Below are positions 12,812 through 25,510 of a stretch of DNA of 64,000 nucleotides, piece after piece (the first letter of the stretch is position 1; each line of letters begins with the position of its first letter). The DNA lies in the NCBI RefSeq assembly GCF_006345805.1, contig NC_043000.1, positions 147,684,001 through 147,748,000 on the forward strand. Direction: 5' to 3'. Below the pieces are notes generated by a model that saw only the letters and a program-made list of their open reading frames with translations, ran no database searches and was not told where the DNA came from. The translations under genes were made by a program, and so were the position numbers. Source of the stretch: Octopus sinensis. Lineage: Eukaryota.

Positions 12812-13619
12812 GGGGTGATAATTAGACAAACGACTCGTTTTTATTGCATAATAGAATCATATAAAGAAAAAAAAATTTTGCTTGTTGTGATTTTATTTCA
12901 ATTATTTTATTTCAGTTTATATTTAACAAATAAAAGTTATGAAGTAGCAACCAGCTGGGAAGAAAAGTGTTTCCTGTTATGACCATCCTTGTAATAATTG
13001 AAAGAATGTGCCATTTAGTGTAAATCATTTTTAAATCTTGAAGGATTGGATAAATATGCTTATAAGGTGTGGTTCAGTGTTGACTATATTGTTCATTGCC
13101 AATAGAAATGTTACTTTGCTACTTGAAGATATAACCATACCTACTTCCTTAAACATACATGCAGACATATTATATATACATATTTACCCATTGTTTATGC
13201 TAATCTGAAATAACAGATTAGCATAATTAATAAGGCATCAACCTAGTGACAAAATGTTCACAGGTTCATGTCCCATCATAGCACTATGCTGTAAAGCTAA
13301 TGGAAAATCCCATGTTTAACTCCAGTTCCATGACTGAGGCCATTCCAGCTAAAATTACATTTAGCTAATCTGTATTATGCTCTTTAAAATAGTGGGGTTG
13401 GATTTTTAGCAGCTTGTACTATGTAGAGGGCTCCTCTCTTAGAACCACATGTTACTGTGGTCAGTGTTAGAAACAGCAAGAGTAGTGTATAATCCTTTAG
13501 TTAGCTTTTAGTGCTGAGCTGAATTCTTGCTCGTAGATTTAATTTTGAGTTAAAGCTTTAGCAGGGTGATAAAATCTGAAGTAGTACTCCTTAACCCTTT
13601 TGTTACCATATTTAAAAAT

Positions 13620-14186
13620 AATAATGAAATTATTGTATACAGTGCTCAAGTGCACCACAACTTGTCAGAAAGTGCATATAAAGCACATGCAGTAATGTAC
13701 AAATGTCTGGAAAGCGAACAATGCATGAGTCAGATACATGCTTGTGTGTGTATGGAGGGGAGAAAATCAGGTGTAGTGTTGGCGAATCTCAGAAAGCATG
13801 GAAGTTTTGAAGGATGCAGTGCTCCGACAACTAACAACTGATGCCGGCAGTTTGTTCCATGCTTCAGCAACTCTCAGCGTGAAAAAATGTTTCCGAAAGT
13901 CATGGGAGCTGTGCTGTTTTCTGACTTTGTAAATATGTCCACGGGTGTTAGACAGGGGGAGTTTGAAAAGGAGCTGAGAGTTATTGTTTGTAAGATGGTT
14001 AATAGTTTTATGGGTGTCTGCCAAGTCAGCTGCCAGACGTCGGAGTTTCAATGTGTCCATGCCCAGGGAAGTAAAGCGTTCAGAATATGGCAAATACCTG
14101 ATGGAGGGTATTCTCTTGGTTGTACATCGCTGAACGGCTTCCAGACGATTGATATCCTGGGCAAGATAGGGGTTCCAGACCAGTGA
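13620..14186 (-). mobile_element. CR1 LINE 3' end, same family as 8640-9130
   Basis: ORF 13767-14093: YSERFTSLGMDTLKLRRLAADL...TRGH...RKHFFTLRVAEAWNKLP. Confidence 0.88.
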
Positions 14187-15949
14187 TGCAAATTTCTGTT
14201 GAATTTCCCAGGCTTTTGTTTCAATTACAAATAATTTAGTAAAATAACTTTGTCAATATTAATCTAGTGTAAGGTAGTGAGCTGATAGAATTGCTAGCAT
14301 GCCTGGCAAAATGCTAAGTGGCATTTTGTCAATCTTTACATTCTGAGTTCAAATTCTGCTGAGGTTGACTTTACCATGCATCTTTTCGGGATCAATAAAA
14401 TAAGTACCAGTTGAACACTGGGATTAATCTTATCAACTTATCTTCTCTCCTGAAATTGCTGGCCTTGTGCCAAAATTTGAAACCAATATTAAGTTGGTGT
14501 TTAGAACATAAATTAACATCAAAATTTGATAAGGATGGAGATTAATTCAGCTTCAAATCAGGCAATTTATACCATAGACTCAGGGTCAGTCTAGTATCAA
14601 AAAGGTTAATTCAGTTGGTTATAGGACATTCTGTTAATAAATATGGCATGCTGAAAAATATTGTTATCAATCACTGAAGTGCTAGTTGTGTTATGTATTT
14701 ATTTATTTATTTCTAAAATGAAATAGGAATGGTAAAAATAATTTTCAGTGAAATCAGTCATTCTTTCAAAACTATTTTTCACTTCAAAGATTTTTAATTC
14801 TTTGCCACCTTATAATGGATAAGATTGTTTTCTTCTTTCTCCAGCTTGCTTTAAATAACTAATGTACAATATTCTTTTATTCTTTTACTTGTTTCAGTCA
14901 TTTGACTGTGGCCATGCTGGAGCACTACCTTAAAGGGCTTTAGTCAATGTAATTAAACCCAGGACTTATTCTTTGTAAGCTTAGTACTTATTCTGTCAAA
15001 TTCTTTTGCTGAACTGATAAGTTACAGGGACGTAAACACACCAGCATTGGTTATCATGTGATGGCAGGAGGGTGGGGGGCAAACACACACACATAAATAT
15101 ATACATATATATATATGTATGTTATAATCCTTAAAATGCTGGGTTTTTATAATGCCCATTTTGGTATACAGTATGCTTAGTAAAACCAGTGAAGACATGA
15201 CTAGCTCTGTCTGCCTACTATGTACTCTGGTACTTCTCTTTACTTATTAGTGACTAGGTTATCCATTTGCCATGTGGGAGGGGTGTACTAATTATTGCTA
15301 CATCTCAAGTTTTTCATAGGAAGTGTCATTTTATTTAACAATAATTTGTTTTTATTCACCCAACCTCTCTTTTTGAGATTTTTTTTCATACAATTTAGTA
15401 TTTTTTGCACTTGGCATCTATTTTCAAGAACTCTGTCTGTTGGGACTTGGAACGTATTGTGCAACCATTCCATCAATTCCTCAAACTTCTTTAATCCACT
15501 TTCCATTAATCTGTTTTACAGTTGGTCCCTCTTTTACTCTTTTAGTTGTTTCAGTCATTTGACTGCGGCCATGCTGGAGCACCGCCTTTAGTTGAGCAAA
15601 TCGACTTATTCTTTGTAAGCCCAGTACTTATTCTATCGGTCTCTTTTGCCGAACCGCTAAGTGATGGGGACGTAAACACACCAGCATCGGTTGTCAAGCA
15701 ATGCTAGAGGGACAAACACAGACACTCAAACATATACACACACATATATACGACAGGCTTCTTTCAGTTTCCGTCTACCAAATCCACTCACAAGGCTTTG
15801 GTTGGCCCGAGGCCATAGCAGAAGACACTTGCCCAAGATGCCATGCAGTGGGACTGAACCCAGAACCATGTGGTTGGTAGGCAAGCTACTTACCACACAG
15901 CCACTCCTGCGCCTTTTGTATGCATTTTCTACTTTTTACCTAATACATC

Positions 15950-18415
15950 ACTTTACCTACGCATTTGCTAATTTAAGCCATCTTCTCAATTCTGCTTTCC
16001 ATTCTTGTATGCCCTCATATACACCTTTGCACCAATTTTAAAGAATCTTGCCATGTTTTCCTTCACACTTTTTCTCTTCTTACCCTGTAGCATTTTATCA
16101 AAGACTGATTTTACCTCCCTCGCAAATTATCAGTTATGCTGATGATCTACCTGCTAGTGTATTTGGATTTGGTGTCACACAGTACACTCTTAAAAATTCT
16201 TGTAGAGCCACCTCATCCGCAACTTCCTTATTTGATTTTCTTAGGGCTCTTTTGAAGGTATTGGCAAAGTGTCTATTAGATTTGGGATGGGATGGTACAG
16301 TAGTTACCATAGGTAATAAGGTGGTGAGCTGGCAGAATCGTTAGCACGTTGGACGAAATGCTTAGCGGTATTTCGTCTGCCGTTACGTTGTGAGTTCAAA
16401 TTCTGCCGAGGTCGACTTTGCCTTTCATCCTTTCGGGGTCGATAAATTAAGTACCAGTTATGCACTGGGGTCGATGTAATCAACTTAATACCTATGTCTG
16501 TCCTTGTTTGTCCCTTCTATGTTTAGCCCCTTGTGGGTAATAAAGAAATGGGTATGGCGCAATAGTTACATGTCCTACCACAAACATTTCACAAAACATT
16601 CTAAATTCACTAGACACAAATTGCATTCCATTGTCAGACACTATCTTATCTGTGATGCCAAATCTTGCAAACATGTAAAAAATTTATCGCTGTTGAGAAG
16701 GTTGGATTTTTTACACTTACAAATTCCTGGCCATTTCAAGAAACTATCATCTACCACTAAGTAGTAAGAACTATTTAACCCTTTAGTGTTCAGATTACTC
16801 TGTTAACCCTTTCGTTACCAACCCGGCTGAAACCGGCTCTGGCTCTTTAGTATAAATGTCTTGTTTTCATAAGTTTTGAATTCAAAATTTCCACCAAATT
16901 TTAGTCACAATTTATGTTCCTAACACTAGCTCAATGATAACGATGTTATTTTACTAAATTCTGTGTTATATTTAAAATAATTGAAAGAAACACAGAGCAT
17001 CTTAAAATAAATACAGTAACGAAAGGGTTAAATGTAATGCTTTTTTTATTTAAATTGTTTTGAATTAATCATGCATTATCTTATAGCTTTGAGGTTTCAA
17101 TGATGTGATTGTTTATTTTTAGACTGTCAATGTAGGTTAGGTGTGAGAGGCTGGATCTGGCCAGTTTGAATATAAAATATGTAGAATATATTGGGCCAGA
17201 TTTGGCCATTTAAACATTAAAGGGTTAAAGGACCAGCAAAATCTATGTGTAGTCTTGAACATATATTTTTGAACAATGTTTAGTTTTTATCATGGGCAAT
17301 TTTTCATTTCATTTTGGCTTATATACAGGTGTTCCACTTTCTTTTACTGCAATTTTTTGTTTCAGTCTCTCAGCCACATTTGAACCTTCGACTGAACTGA
17401 TTATATTTCCACACAAAACACTTATGGCTGTATTCCATACTTTGAATAGTCCCATCCACTCTGTGCTGAACAAATTAACTCTTTACTCTTTTACTTGTTT
17501 CAGTCATTTGACTGTGGCTATGCTGGAGTACCACCTTTTAGTCGAGCAAATCGACCCCAGGACTTATTCTTTGTAAGCCTAGTACTTATTCTATCGGTCT
17601 CTTTTTGCTGAACTGCTAAGTTATGGGGATGTAAACACACCAGCATCGGTTGTCAAGCGATGTTGGTGGGGACAAACACAGACACACAAACATATATATA
17701 TATATCATCATCATCATCATCATCGACGGGCTTCTTTCAGTTTCCGGCTACCAAATCCACTCACAAGGCTTTGGTCGGCCTGAGGCTATAGTAGAAGACA
17801 CTTTGCCCAGGGTGCCACGCAATGGGACTGAACCTGGAACCATATAGTTTGTGAACTTTTTTAACACATATACCTTTGCCTTTTTCGTTTGACCTTGAAA
17901 TGTTACATTACATACGGATTCACTGAAAAACTATAATCTTTTCCTGTAACACCATGTGCTACCTTTTACAATTTAATCAGTTTTGGCTTACCAACACATT
18001 TCCACATTTTTTCATTTATAATGGTGATATCACTACCAGTATCCAGCTGCATCTTAACACCTGTATTTCTGATTTTTACCTTCATGAATTTCCTCATCGT
18101 TATATCACCAGTTTCTTTCAATGACTATATATTCTTTTTCCTTTGTTCTGATGTTCTGTTATCTTCATTCTATAATGCGTCTTTATATCTCTCTTTACTC
18201 TCTTTTGCTTGTTTCAGTCATTTGACTGCGGCCATGCTGGAGCACCGCCTTTTAGTCGAGCAAATCGACCCCGGGACTTATTCTTTTTGTAAGCCCAGTA
18301 CTTATTCTATCGGTCTCTTTTGCCGAACCGCTAAGTGACGGGGACGTAAACACACCAGCATCGGTTTTCAAGCAATGCTAGGGGGACAAACACAGACACA
18401 CAAACACACACACGC

Positions 18416-18446
<31 letters not shown>

Positions 18447-19040
18447 TACGACAGGCTTCTTTCAGTTTCTGTCTACCAAATCCACTCACAAGGCATTGGT
18501 CGGCCCGGGGCTATAGCAGAACACAGTTGCCTAAGATGCCATGCAGTGGGACTGAACCCGGAACCATGTGGTTGGTAAACAAGCTACTTACCACACAGCC
18601 ACTCCTGCGCCTGATATTACAATGTCTGATATTACAATGAAAGTACTCTGCTTTCTTAAATGGACAGATTTTCCTCAGGTGTATACCTCCACATGCAAAA
18701 CATGGGTTTATTTTTTGATTCTTGTCATGTTTTTTTAGAAAACACTTTATCTCTATTCTGCCTACTTGACACTTGCTTTACATGGAAACAATCTTTATGT
18801 TCAATTTCCTGTGTCCTCTCTTAATTTAACTCTCATTTCACATTTTTCTGACACTTGCTGTAGAGTTACATCCTGGTTTTGTTCCAGCTTTGTAAGAATT
18901 CTAGTTCTAACTTCTACATCCTTTTCGGCAGTAAGTCCCAGTGTAAAAATCAGGCATTTGAACATATCTGGCATTAATTCATCCAGCTTAAACTTCTTGC
19001 ATTCCCTGTTTACTCTACCAGCATATATGTAACCCACTGA
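15950..19040 (-). mobile_element. Fragmented Ty3/Gypsy LTR retrotransposon remnant (gag, protease, integrase)
   Basis: Gag RECKKFKLDELMPDMFKCLIFTLGLTAEKD (18801-19037); protease KMQLDTGSDITIINE (~18010-18060); integrase YYLVVDDSFLKWP and FARFGITDKIVSDNGMQFVSSEF (16550-16770). No RT segment or LTR recognised; interrupted by SINEs and MITEs. Confidence 0.8.
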
Positions 19041-19992
19041 AAATATGGAACGTTAAAAATAAAAGTGACAGAATTCGAACATTTTTTTAAATCGGATATT
19101 TTTTTGGAGTTTAATCAAATAAATAGAGAAATTAAATCAGTTACACAACTCTAAAAATACGAGATATCTGTTATCTCTTACTTGTATCAATCATTGTATT
19201 AAAACCAACTTGACCTCAGTGCTAATTTTGTAAGTTTGGTACTAATTCTAAGGATCTCTTTTGCCAAATCACCAAGTTACAAGGATGTAAAGTAACACTG
19301 GTTGTCAAGTGGTGGTGAGGGGACAAGCACAAAGGCACACCATACACACACACACACACAAGATGGGCTTCCACATAGTTTCCATCTACCAAATTCATTG
19401 GCAATGCTTTGGTTGGCTGGTGGGGGTTATAGTAGGAAACACTTTTAGATGTTATAGGTTGTGGTGTCATCTAATGAGACTCTGCTCAGAAGGCTGTTAT
19501 GTTGTGGTGGTAGTAAATCCAGATGAAGAATATATAAAGCACAAGGTGGTAACTTTAGACATGTTTAGTGTGGTCACATGCACATAGGCGCAGAAGTGGC
19601 TGTGTGGTAAGTAATGTGTTTACCAACCACATGGTTCCGGGTTCAGTCCCACTGCGTGGCATCTGGGGCAAGTGTCTTCTGCTATAGCCCCAGGCTGACC
19701 AATGCCTTGTGAGTGGATTTGGTAGACGGAAACTGAAAGAAGCCCATCGTATATATGTATATATATATGTATGTGTATGTGTGTTTGTGTGTCTGTGTTT
19801 GTCTCCCTAGCATTGCTTGACAACCGATGCTAGTGTGTTTACGTCCCCGTCACTTAGCGGTTCGGCAAAAAGAGACCGATAGAATAAGTACTGGGCTTAC
19901 AAAGAATAAGTCCCAGGGTCAATTTGCACGACTAAAGGCGGTGCTCCAGCATGGCCGCAGTCAAATGACAGAAACAAATAAAAGAATAAAAA

Positions 19993-20021
<29 letters not shown>

Positions 20022-20026
<5 letters not shown>

Positions 20027-22445
20027 TCATCATTATTTAGCGTCCGTTTTCCATGCTAGCATGGGTTGGACGGTTCAACTGGGGTCTGGGGAGCCCGAAG
20101 GCTGCACCAGGCCAGTCAGATCTGGCAGTGTTTCTACAGCTGGATGCCCTTCCTAACGCCAACCACTCCGAGAGTGTAGTGGGTGATTTTATGTGCCACC
20201 GACACAGGTGCCAGACGAGGCTGGCGAACGGCCACGCTCGGATGGTGTTTTTATGTGCCACCGACACAGGTGCCAGACGAGGCTGGCAGACGGCCACGCT
20301 CGGATGGTTTGTTTTTATGTGCCACCGACACAGGTGCCAGATGAGGCTGGCGGACGGCCACGATCGGATGGTTTTGTTACGTCCCCAAAGCACGGAGGCC
20401 AGTCTATGCGGTACTGGCTACGGCCACGTTCGGATGATTTTCTTGTGTGCACCGGCACTGGTACCACAAAGATACAAATTCCATTGATGTTCATCTTTTT
20501 GATTTGGTTTGATTTGATTTTCACTTGCCTCAACAGGTCTTCACAAGTGTCACAAGAAGGAAGGTATGCACAGGTGGACTGACTACGTCCCAGGTAGGGG
20601 CCACGGGTTATGGCCTGACTAGTCTTGCCGGGTCTTCGGATGGTGTTTTTATGTGCCACCGACACAGGTGCCAGATGAGGCTGGCGAACGGCCACGATCG
20701 GATGGTGTTTGTTACGTGCCCACAGCACGGAGGCCAGTCGATGCGGTACTGGCTACGGCCACGTTCGGATGGTTTTCTTGTGTGCCACCGGCACTGGTAC
20801 CACAAAGATACAAATTCCATTGATGTTCATCTATTTTGATTTGATTTGATTTGATTTTTGATTTTTGATTTTCACTTGCCTCAACAGGTCTTCACAAGTG
20901 TCACAGGAAGGAAGGAAGGTATGCACAGGGGACTGACTACGTCCAAGTAGGGGCCACGGGTTATGGCCTGACTAGTCTTGCCGGGTCTTCGGTTGGTGTT
21001 TTTATGTGCCACCGACACAGGTGCCAGATGAGGCTGGCGAACGGCCACGATCGGATGGTGTTGTTATGTGCCCACGTCACAGAGGCCAGTCGATGCGGTA
21101 CTGGCTACGGCCACGTTCGGATGGTTTTCTTGTGTGCCAACGGTACTGGTACCACAAAGATACAATTCCATTGATGTTCATCTATTTTGATTTGGTTTGA
21201 TTTGATTTGATTTGATTTTCACTTGCCTCAACAGGTCTACACAAGTGTCACACACTTGCCTCAACAGGTCTTCACAAGTGTCATAAGTAGGTGTCACACA
21301 CTTGCCTCAACAGGTCTTCACAAGTGTCATAAGTAGGAAGGTATGCACAGGTGGACTGACTACGTCGCCGGGTCTTCGGATGGTGTTTTTATGTGCCACC
21401 GACACAGGTGCCAGATGAGGCTGGCGAACGGCCACGATCAGATGGTGTTTGTTGTGCCCACAGCACGGAGGCCAGTCGATGCGGTACTGGCTACGGCCAC
21501 GTTCGGATGGTTTTCTTGTGTGCCACCGGTACTGGAACCACAAAGATACAAATTCCATTGATGTTCATCTATTTTGATTTGGTTTGATTTGATTTTCACT
21601 TGCCTCAACAGGTCTTCACAAGTGTCACACACTTGCCTCAACAGGTCTCCACAAGTGTCACACACTTGCCTCTGCCTCAACAGGTCTTCACAAGTGTCAC
21701 ACACTTGCCTCAACAGGTCTTCACAAGTGTCATAAGAGGGAAGGTATGCACAGGTGGACTGACTACGTCGCCGGGTCTTCGGATGGTGTCTTTATGTGCC
21801 ACCGACACAGGTGCCAGATGAGGCTGGCGAACGGCCACGATCGGATGGTGTGTGTTGTGCCCACAGCACGGAGGCCAGTCGATGCGGTACTGGCTACGGC
21901 CACGTTCGGATGGTTCGGTACTGGAACCACAAAGATACAAATTCCATTGATGTTCATCTATTTTGATTTGGTTTGATTTTGATTTTCACTTGCCTCAACA
22001 GGTCTTCACAAGTGTCACACACTTGCCTCAACAGGTCTCCACAAGTGTCACACACTTGCCTCTGCCTCAACAGGTCTTCACAAGTGTCACACACTTGCCT
22101 CAACAGGTCTTCACAAGTGTCATAAGAGGGAAGGTATGCACAGGTGGACTGACTACGTCGCCGGTCTTCGGATGGTGTCTTTATGTGCCACCGACACAGG
22201 TGCCAGATGAGGCTGGCGAACGGCCACGATCGGATGGTGTTTGTTGTGCCCACAGCACGGAGGCCAGTCGATGCGGTACTGGCTACGGCCACGTTTGGGT
22301 GGTTTTCTTGTGTGCCACCGGCACTGGTACCACAAAGAATACAATTCCACTGATGTTCATCTATTTTGATTTGATTTTCACTTGCCTCAACAGGTCTTCA
22401 TAAGTGTCACAAGAAGGAAGGTATGCACAGGAGGACTGACTATGT
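20022..22445 (-). repeat. Tandem array of six 336-403-bp units derived from the RTE 3' tail
   Basis: Anchor cacaaaga recurs at 20465, 20801, 21153, 21539, 21928 and 22331; the array starts at a (CAT)n RTE tail. Confidence 0.92.
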
Positions 22446-22480
22446 CCCACATACACGTTGAATGGAAGTGGTTGATGTAC

Positions 22481-22517
<37 letters not shown>

Positions 22518-23275
22518 CAGGCATCTGCATGGGTTGTATGTAGGCTGTTAACCCTGGTGAGATGCTCACGAACAGTGATGCAGGAACCAGAGCAGTGTGT
22601 TGGTGCTGTGTAGACATTGACGATGTTGAAGAGAGACATCAGTAGTGTGGCGACGAAGATGGAGGTCGCTGCAATGTTGTCAGTGATCAGACTTTAGAAA
22701 GTCTAGGACCAACTGACCTCAAGCCTAGGAAGAGGTGAACTTTTATAGCTGATGGGGTGGCGCAAATGCTTGTTTAGAACAGACTGTCTCACATGAGTTA
22801 TTTGCAGGTTGTGTTGCATATGGGCACATGATAAAGTATGAGACAAATTGCGCCAATATCAACCAATTGGAGTGGTAGACACAACAGGGTCCAAAACAGC
22901 ACCCAAAGGCTAGCTGCTACCTGCTATGTTCATATGTACTTAATATAAGTAGGGAAGTTCACTTGGGTTCGCTACACACTTACCCAAAGTGTTGTCAATG
23001 GTACTGAACTCAAGACCATGTGGTGGCAAAGCAAGCTTTTTAACCATGTAGTCATTGCTAAAGAATCCGGCTTAAACTATAGAAAACCTCAGAAATATTT
23101 TGTATGTATAGGTGCAGGAGTGACTGTGTGGTAAGTAGCTTGCTTACCAACCACATGGTTTCGGGTTCAGTCCCACTGCGTGGCACCTTGGGCAAGTGTC
23201 TTCTGCTATAGCCTCGGGCCGACCAATGCCTTGTGAGTGGATTTGGTAGACGGAAACTGAAAGAAGCCTGTCATA

Positions 23276-23330
<55 letters not shown>

Positions 23331-24985
23331 TTGTGTGTCTGTGTTTGTCCCCCTAGCATTGCTTGATAACCGATGCTGGTGTGTTTACCTACCCGTCACT
23401 TAGCGGTTCGGCAAAAGAGAATAATAGAATAAGTACTGGGCTTACAAAGAATAAGTCCCGGGGTCGATTTGCTTGACTAAAGGCGGTGCTCCAGCATGGC
23501 CGCAGTCAAATGACTGAAACAAGTAAAAGAGTAAAAGAGTATGTGTGTGCATGCACATGTGCACATGTGTGTGTGTATGCTCTCTTGTCTAGGCATCATG
23601 TCATGGTTGTAAATGAGCAATCTTCTGTGAAAAAAAAGTCTAGCTGTTAGAAAATATTACCTCGCTTGGAAATGGGTAAAGGCTGGCCACAGGAAAGGCA
23701 TCTGGCAGCAGTAAATCTGCCTCAACAAATTCTATCTGATGCAAACAAGGAAACATGGATGTTTAAAGGTGATGATAATGAATAATCTATGTACCTTTAG
23801 TGTTGTACCCCTTTCTCAGTTAACATCTGTTCCACCCTCCATTAAAATTAATGTTGCATTTTAGACAATTAACTCAATTTTCTTTTAAAAAGTGAAATAA
23901 TGACGATGGAAAAAATAATCAAAACGACAAACCAATTAACTTTCGAATTTATGTTTAATACACAGTTTACTATTTGTCAGAGTAAGAACTGAGATTGGTC
24001 AGACATTGGACTTCAAAAAATATATTTGAAATATAAAATAAGATCAGTGTTCGAAATTTGTAAAAAGTACATCTGAAGATCCCACTGGTTGAAATATATC
24101 AAGAAAAATAAATTCTCTAAGAGCCTCATATTATAAACAAGATTGTCTCGAAATATTATATATGTATATCTTTGGGTAATGGTGAATTTTAAAACATGAG
24201 GAAAGGACAGGTTTGATATTTTCTTCCCCCTCTAGCAATTTTGGCAGAGCATCTTCTCCCCACCCCCCACCCCAATAGAGTTAGCTTCAATCAGATATAG
24301 ACTGAATATGTGCGTTTCACTGCAAGATTCAGTAAACGGTGGTTTGTATTAATTGTTTGGTATGCAATGTTCCCAAACAATCAATTTTCTATTAGATGAT
24401 AGCTTTTACCATACGGATGTATGATATATAGCGGCACAAACAGGAAAACCTTCAGAGAAGGACACAATTCAGTTAGTAGATAAACAATCCTTCTTTGATT
24501 GTTGGAACCAGTGTATTTGATATAACTTTTCACCACTTCCAAACCATATTTATTTCAAGATTCAATATCTGACAAAGCTGCAACGATTTCATAAATCTTC
24601 AAAAGAAAATATCTTTCAAATGATTATATTTTCTCTAATCAAGATTAATTACATCATTATGGAATTGGACTTTTAGCGTTCATAAATAAATTTAAAATAT
24701 AATTTTTATAATAGAGTTAAATAAATAAAATGATAAGAAATATATAAAAAAAAATTTTAATAGTCAAATTGAAATAAAATAAAATAAATGTTTTTTGGTA
24801 CTATTCATAATTTTAACAAATGTCATTTATGTGAAATGACAAAACAAAAATTGTTTTATGGGACAACGAGTAATGACTCAACTAATTGCTTTTGGACAAG
24901 AACACCTTTTTTTAAAACAGTTTTCTTTATGAAACTACTAACAATACATAAATAGAAAATTTATTAACTTAAAATTCAGCAGTAG

Positions 24986-25179
24986 TCATTTTTCTTCTTC
25001 CTCTTTTTTTTTCCAGATCTTTTGCATGATGTTAATAGCAACACCAATTGTTAGAGCACCAACTACCATTCCCTGGGCTTTCACTCTCAAGTGCATTAGG
25101 TATACTGAAGTAGACATTTTCCCACGGTTTTTGTAATTATAAATTCCATATGCAACAGCACCTATACAACCAGCAATTC
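24986..25179 (-). CDS. HIGD1A: HIG1 domain family member 1A-like, coding exon 2 (IAGCIGAVAYGIYNYKNRGKMSTSVYLMHLRVKAQGMVVGALTIG...KKKEEEEK*)
   Basis: Acceptor ttttttccacag|GA joins in phase with exon 1 (G|GA = Gly); S.YL.H.RV.AQG.VVGA.T.G HIG1 signature; TGA at 24988-24986; 96-aa product; AATAAA on the minus strand at ~24965-24960. Confidence 0.95.
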
Positions 25180-25254
25180 CTGTGGAAAAAAACAAAAAAA
25201 AAGGAAACATTATAACAAGTCAAACAATTTTATTAATCTGGAATAATAAATAAC

Positions 25255-25510
25255 TTCAGGGCACATAAAAAGCACCATCCGATCGTGGCCGTTTGCCAGA
25301 CTTGTCTGGCAGCTGTGCTGGTGGCATGTAAAAAGTACCCACTACACTCATGGAGTGGTTGGCGTTAGGAAGGGCATCCAGCCGTAGAAACATTGCCAGA
25401 TCAGACTGGGCCTGGTGCAGCCTTCTGGCTTCCCAGACCCCAGTTGAACCGTCCAACCCATGCTAGCATGGAAAGTGGACGCTAAACGATGATGATGATG
25501 ATCATCATCA
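25255..25510 (+). mobile_element. RTE 3'-tail element ending in (GAT)n. Other copies: 26725-26975, 30065-30470, 32060-32475, 33620-33820, 47750-47890, 52735-53070, 60770-61120
   Basis: Shared ...ggaagggcatccagc...catgctagcatggaaa.cggacgttaaa(cga)tgatgatg end. Confidence 0.88.

Noticed and set aside
12916-12985. Terminal exon ending in a CaaX-like CFLL*
   Set aside because: Good acceptor, but no phase-compatible upstream exon or homology could be established.
21221-22115. CRISPR-like array (30-bp palindromic repeats)
   Set aside because: Repeats are directly tandem with no unique spacers, embedded in LINE-tail DNA of a eukaryote; no cas genes.
20037-22403. Many overlapping 60-146-aa ORFs
   Set aside because: All arise from the GC-richer tandem array and are open on both strands and several frames.
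24986-25210. ORF-track start MFPFFLFFST for the HIG1 protein
   Set aside because: This N-terminus is the intron polypyrimidine tract; the true N-terminus is exon 28638-28542.
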